A stretch of 64,000 nt of DNA. Source: Trichoplax sp. H2. Lineage: Eukaryota. Both the position numbers and the translations under genes were made by a program. Every line of letters starts with the position of its first letter. The stretch's first letter is position 1. The notes under the pieces were generated by a model. It saw nothing but the letters and a program-made list of their open reading frames with translations, was not told the origin of the DNA and ran no database searches. Of this stretch, positions 63,249 through 64,000 are shown piece by piece. The stretch covers positions 620,001-684,000 of the forward strand of contig NOWV01000010.1 in the NCBI GenBank assembly GCA_003344405.1, read 5' to 3'.

Positions 63249-64000
63249 GAAAGAAACTAATTGTGCTTTTAATATCGAACTCGGAATAAGCTATGAATGA
63301 GATAGTGTATCAAGTTTATAGAAGGCCTGGAGTGTAGGTAAACTCGATCTGTATATATTATACTGTTTCGTACATAAATATATGCTTGTCCACTACTGTA
63401 TATGTTACGCATATACAGTATATATATCTACTAAGAGTTCAACACCCATGTTACAGACTTATACTTCCTCTATTAACAGGTTTACTCGTATATGTGGGTT
63501 TAATAGGTAAACTGTTGCATATTGTATTGGTGGGGCTATCGATTAAAGACTGTGTAAGGCAATGTCATATTGCTCCACAGTACTGTGCACTAGACAACAC
63601 AATACAGAAAATAGTGATTTAAAATATACAACATTGATAGTAAATAAAATTGAATTTATTTTATTTGTTGTACAAAGTTGCAGCTATCATAAATACAGAA
63701 ATAGAGTAAAAGTCCAGAAATCTCGCTGGATATTTTATGTACTGTACTTAACAAATTTCAACTTTGATGAATGAATGATATATGATATTTATTACACCAT
63801 TAGTGCATTACTGTCGATAAGCAGTAATAATACGTGTATTTCTCTCTAAGTTATAGTATATGAGCTACAGTTATGCTTACAAGCATGGACTACTCAATAC
63901 TAAATCCTCGTGGACTCCACACTATGCTCGACCTGTAGCTACAGCACGACAAGAAACCCCCAAATTATTGGTTCTCTTTAGCCATGGGCTTGTCGAGATC

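Overview
AT-rich, intron-dense, gene-dense eukaryotic (early-branching animal) DNA. The short introns, compact spacing and gene set suggest a placozoan (Trichoplax-like) genome; this is inferred, not looked up. Seven protein-coding genes were reconstructed by hand from splice sites. In order: DDX31/Dbp7 helicase (+, 5'-truncated), a full TRPN/NompC mechanosensitive channel with 29 countable ankyrin repeats (-), nucleoporin TPR (-), Rho kinase ROCK (+, about 46 coding exons), IFT52 (-), an ARH/LDLRAP1-like PTB clathrin adaptor (-), and a TMEM177-like membrane protein (+). The strongest leads are: (1) the TMEM177 homologue keeps a complete M48 zinc-protease motif set (HELSH...EYRAD...SHP) that is degenerate in human TMEM177 as I recall it; (2) a ~290-nt intergenic element with 5-6 nested helices, a candidate unannotated structured RNA; (3) palindromic CAGTA/TACTG repeats clustered at gene 5' ends; (4) RFX X-box-like sites upstream of IFT52 and possibly TRPN; (5) TRPN has almost one exon per ankyrin repeat but an intronless channel domain. 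A duplication across the N-gap at ~39 kb looks like an assembly artefact. Exon coordinates are hand-derived and may be off by a few bases; family comparisons are from memory, not database searches.
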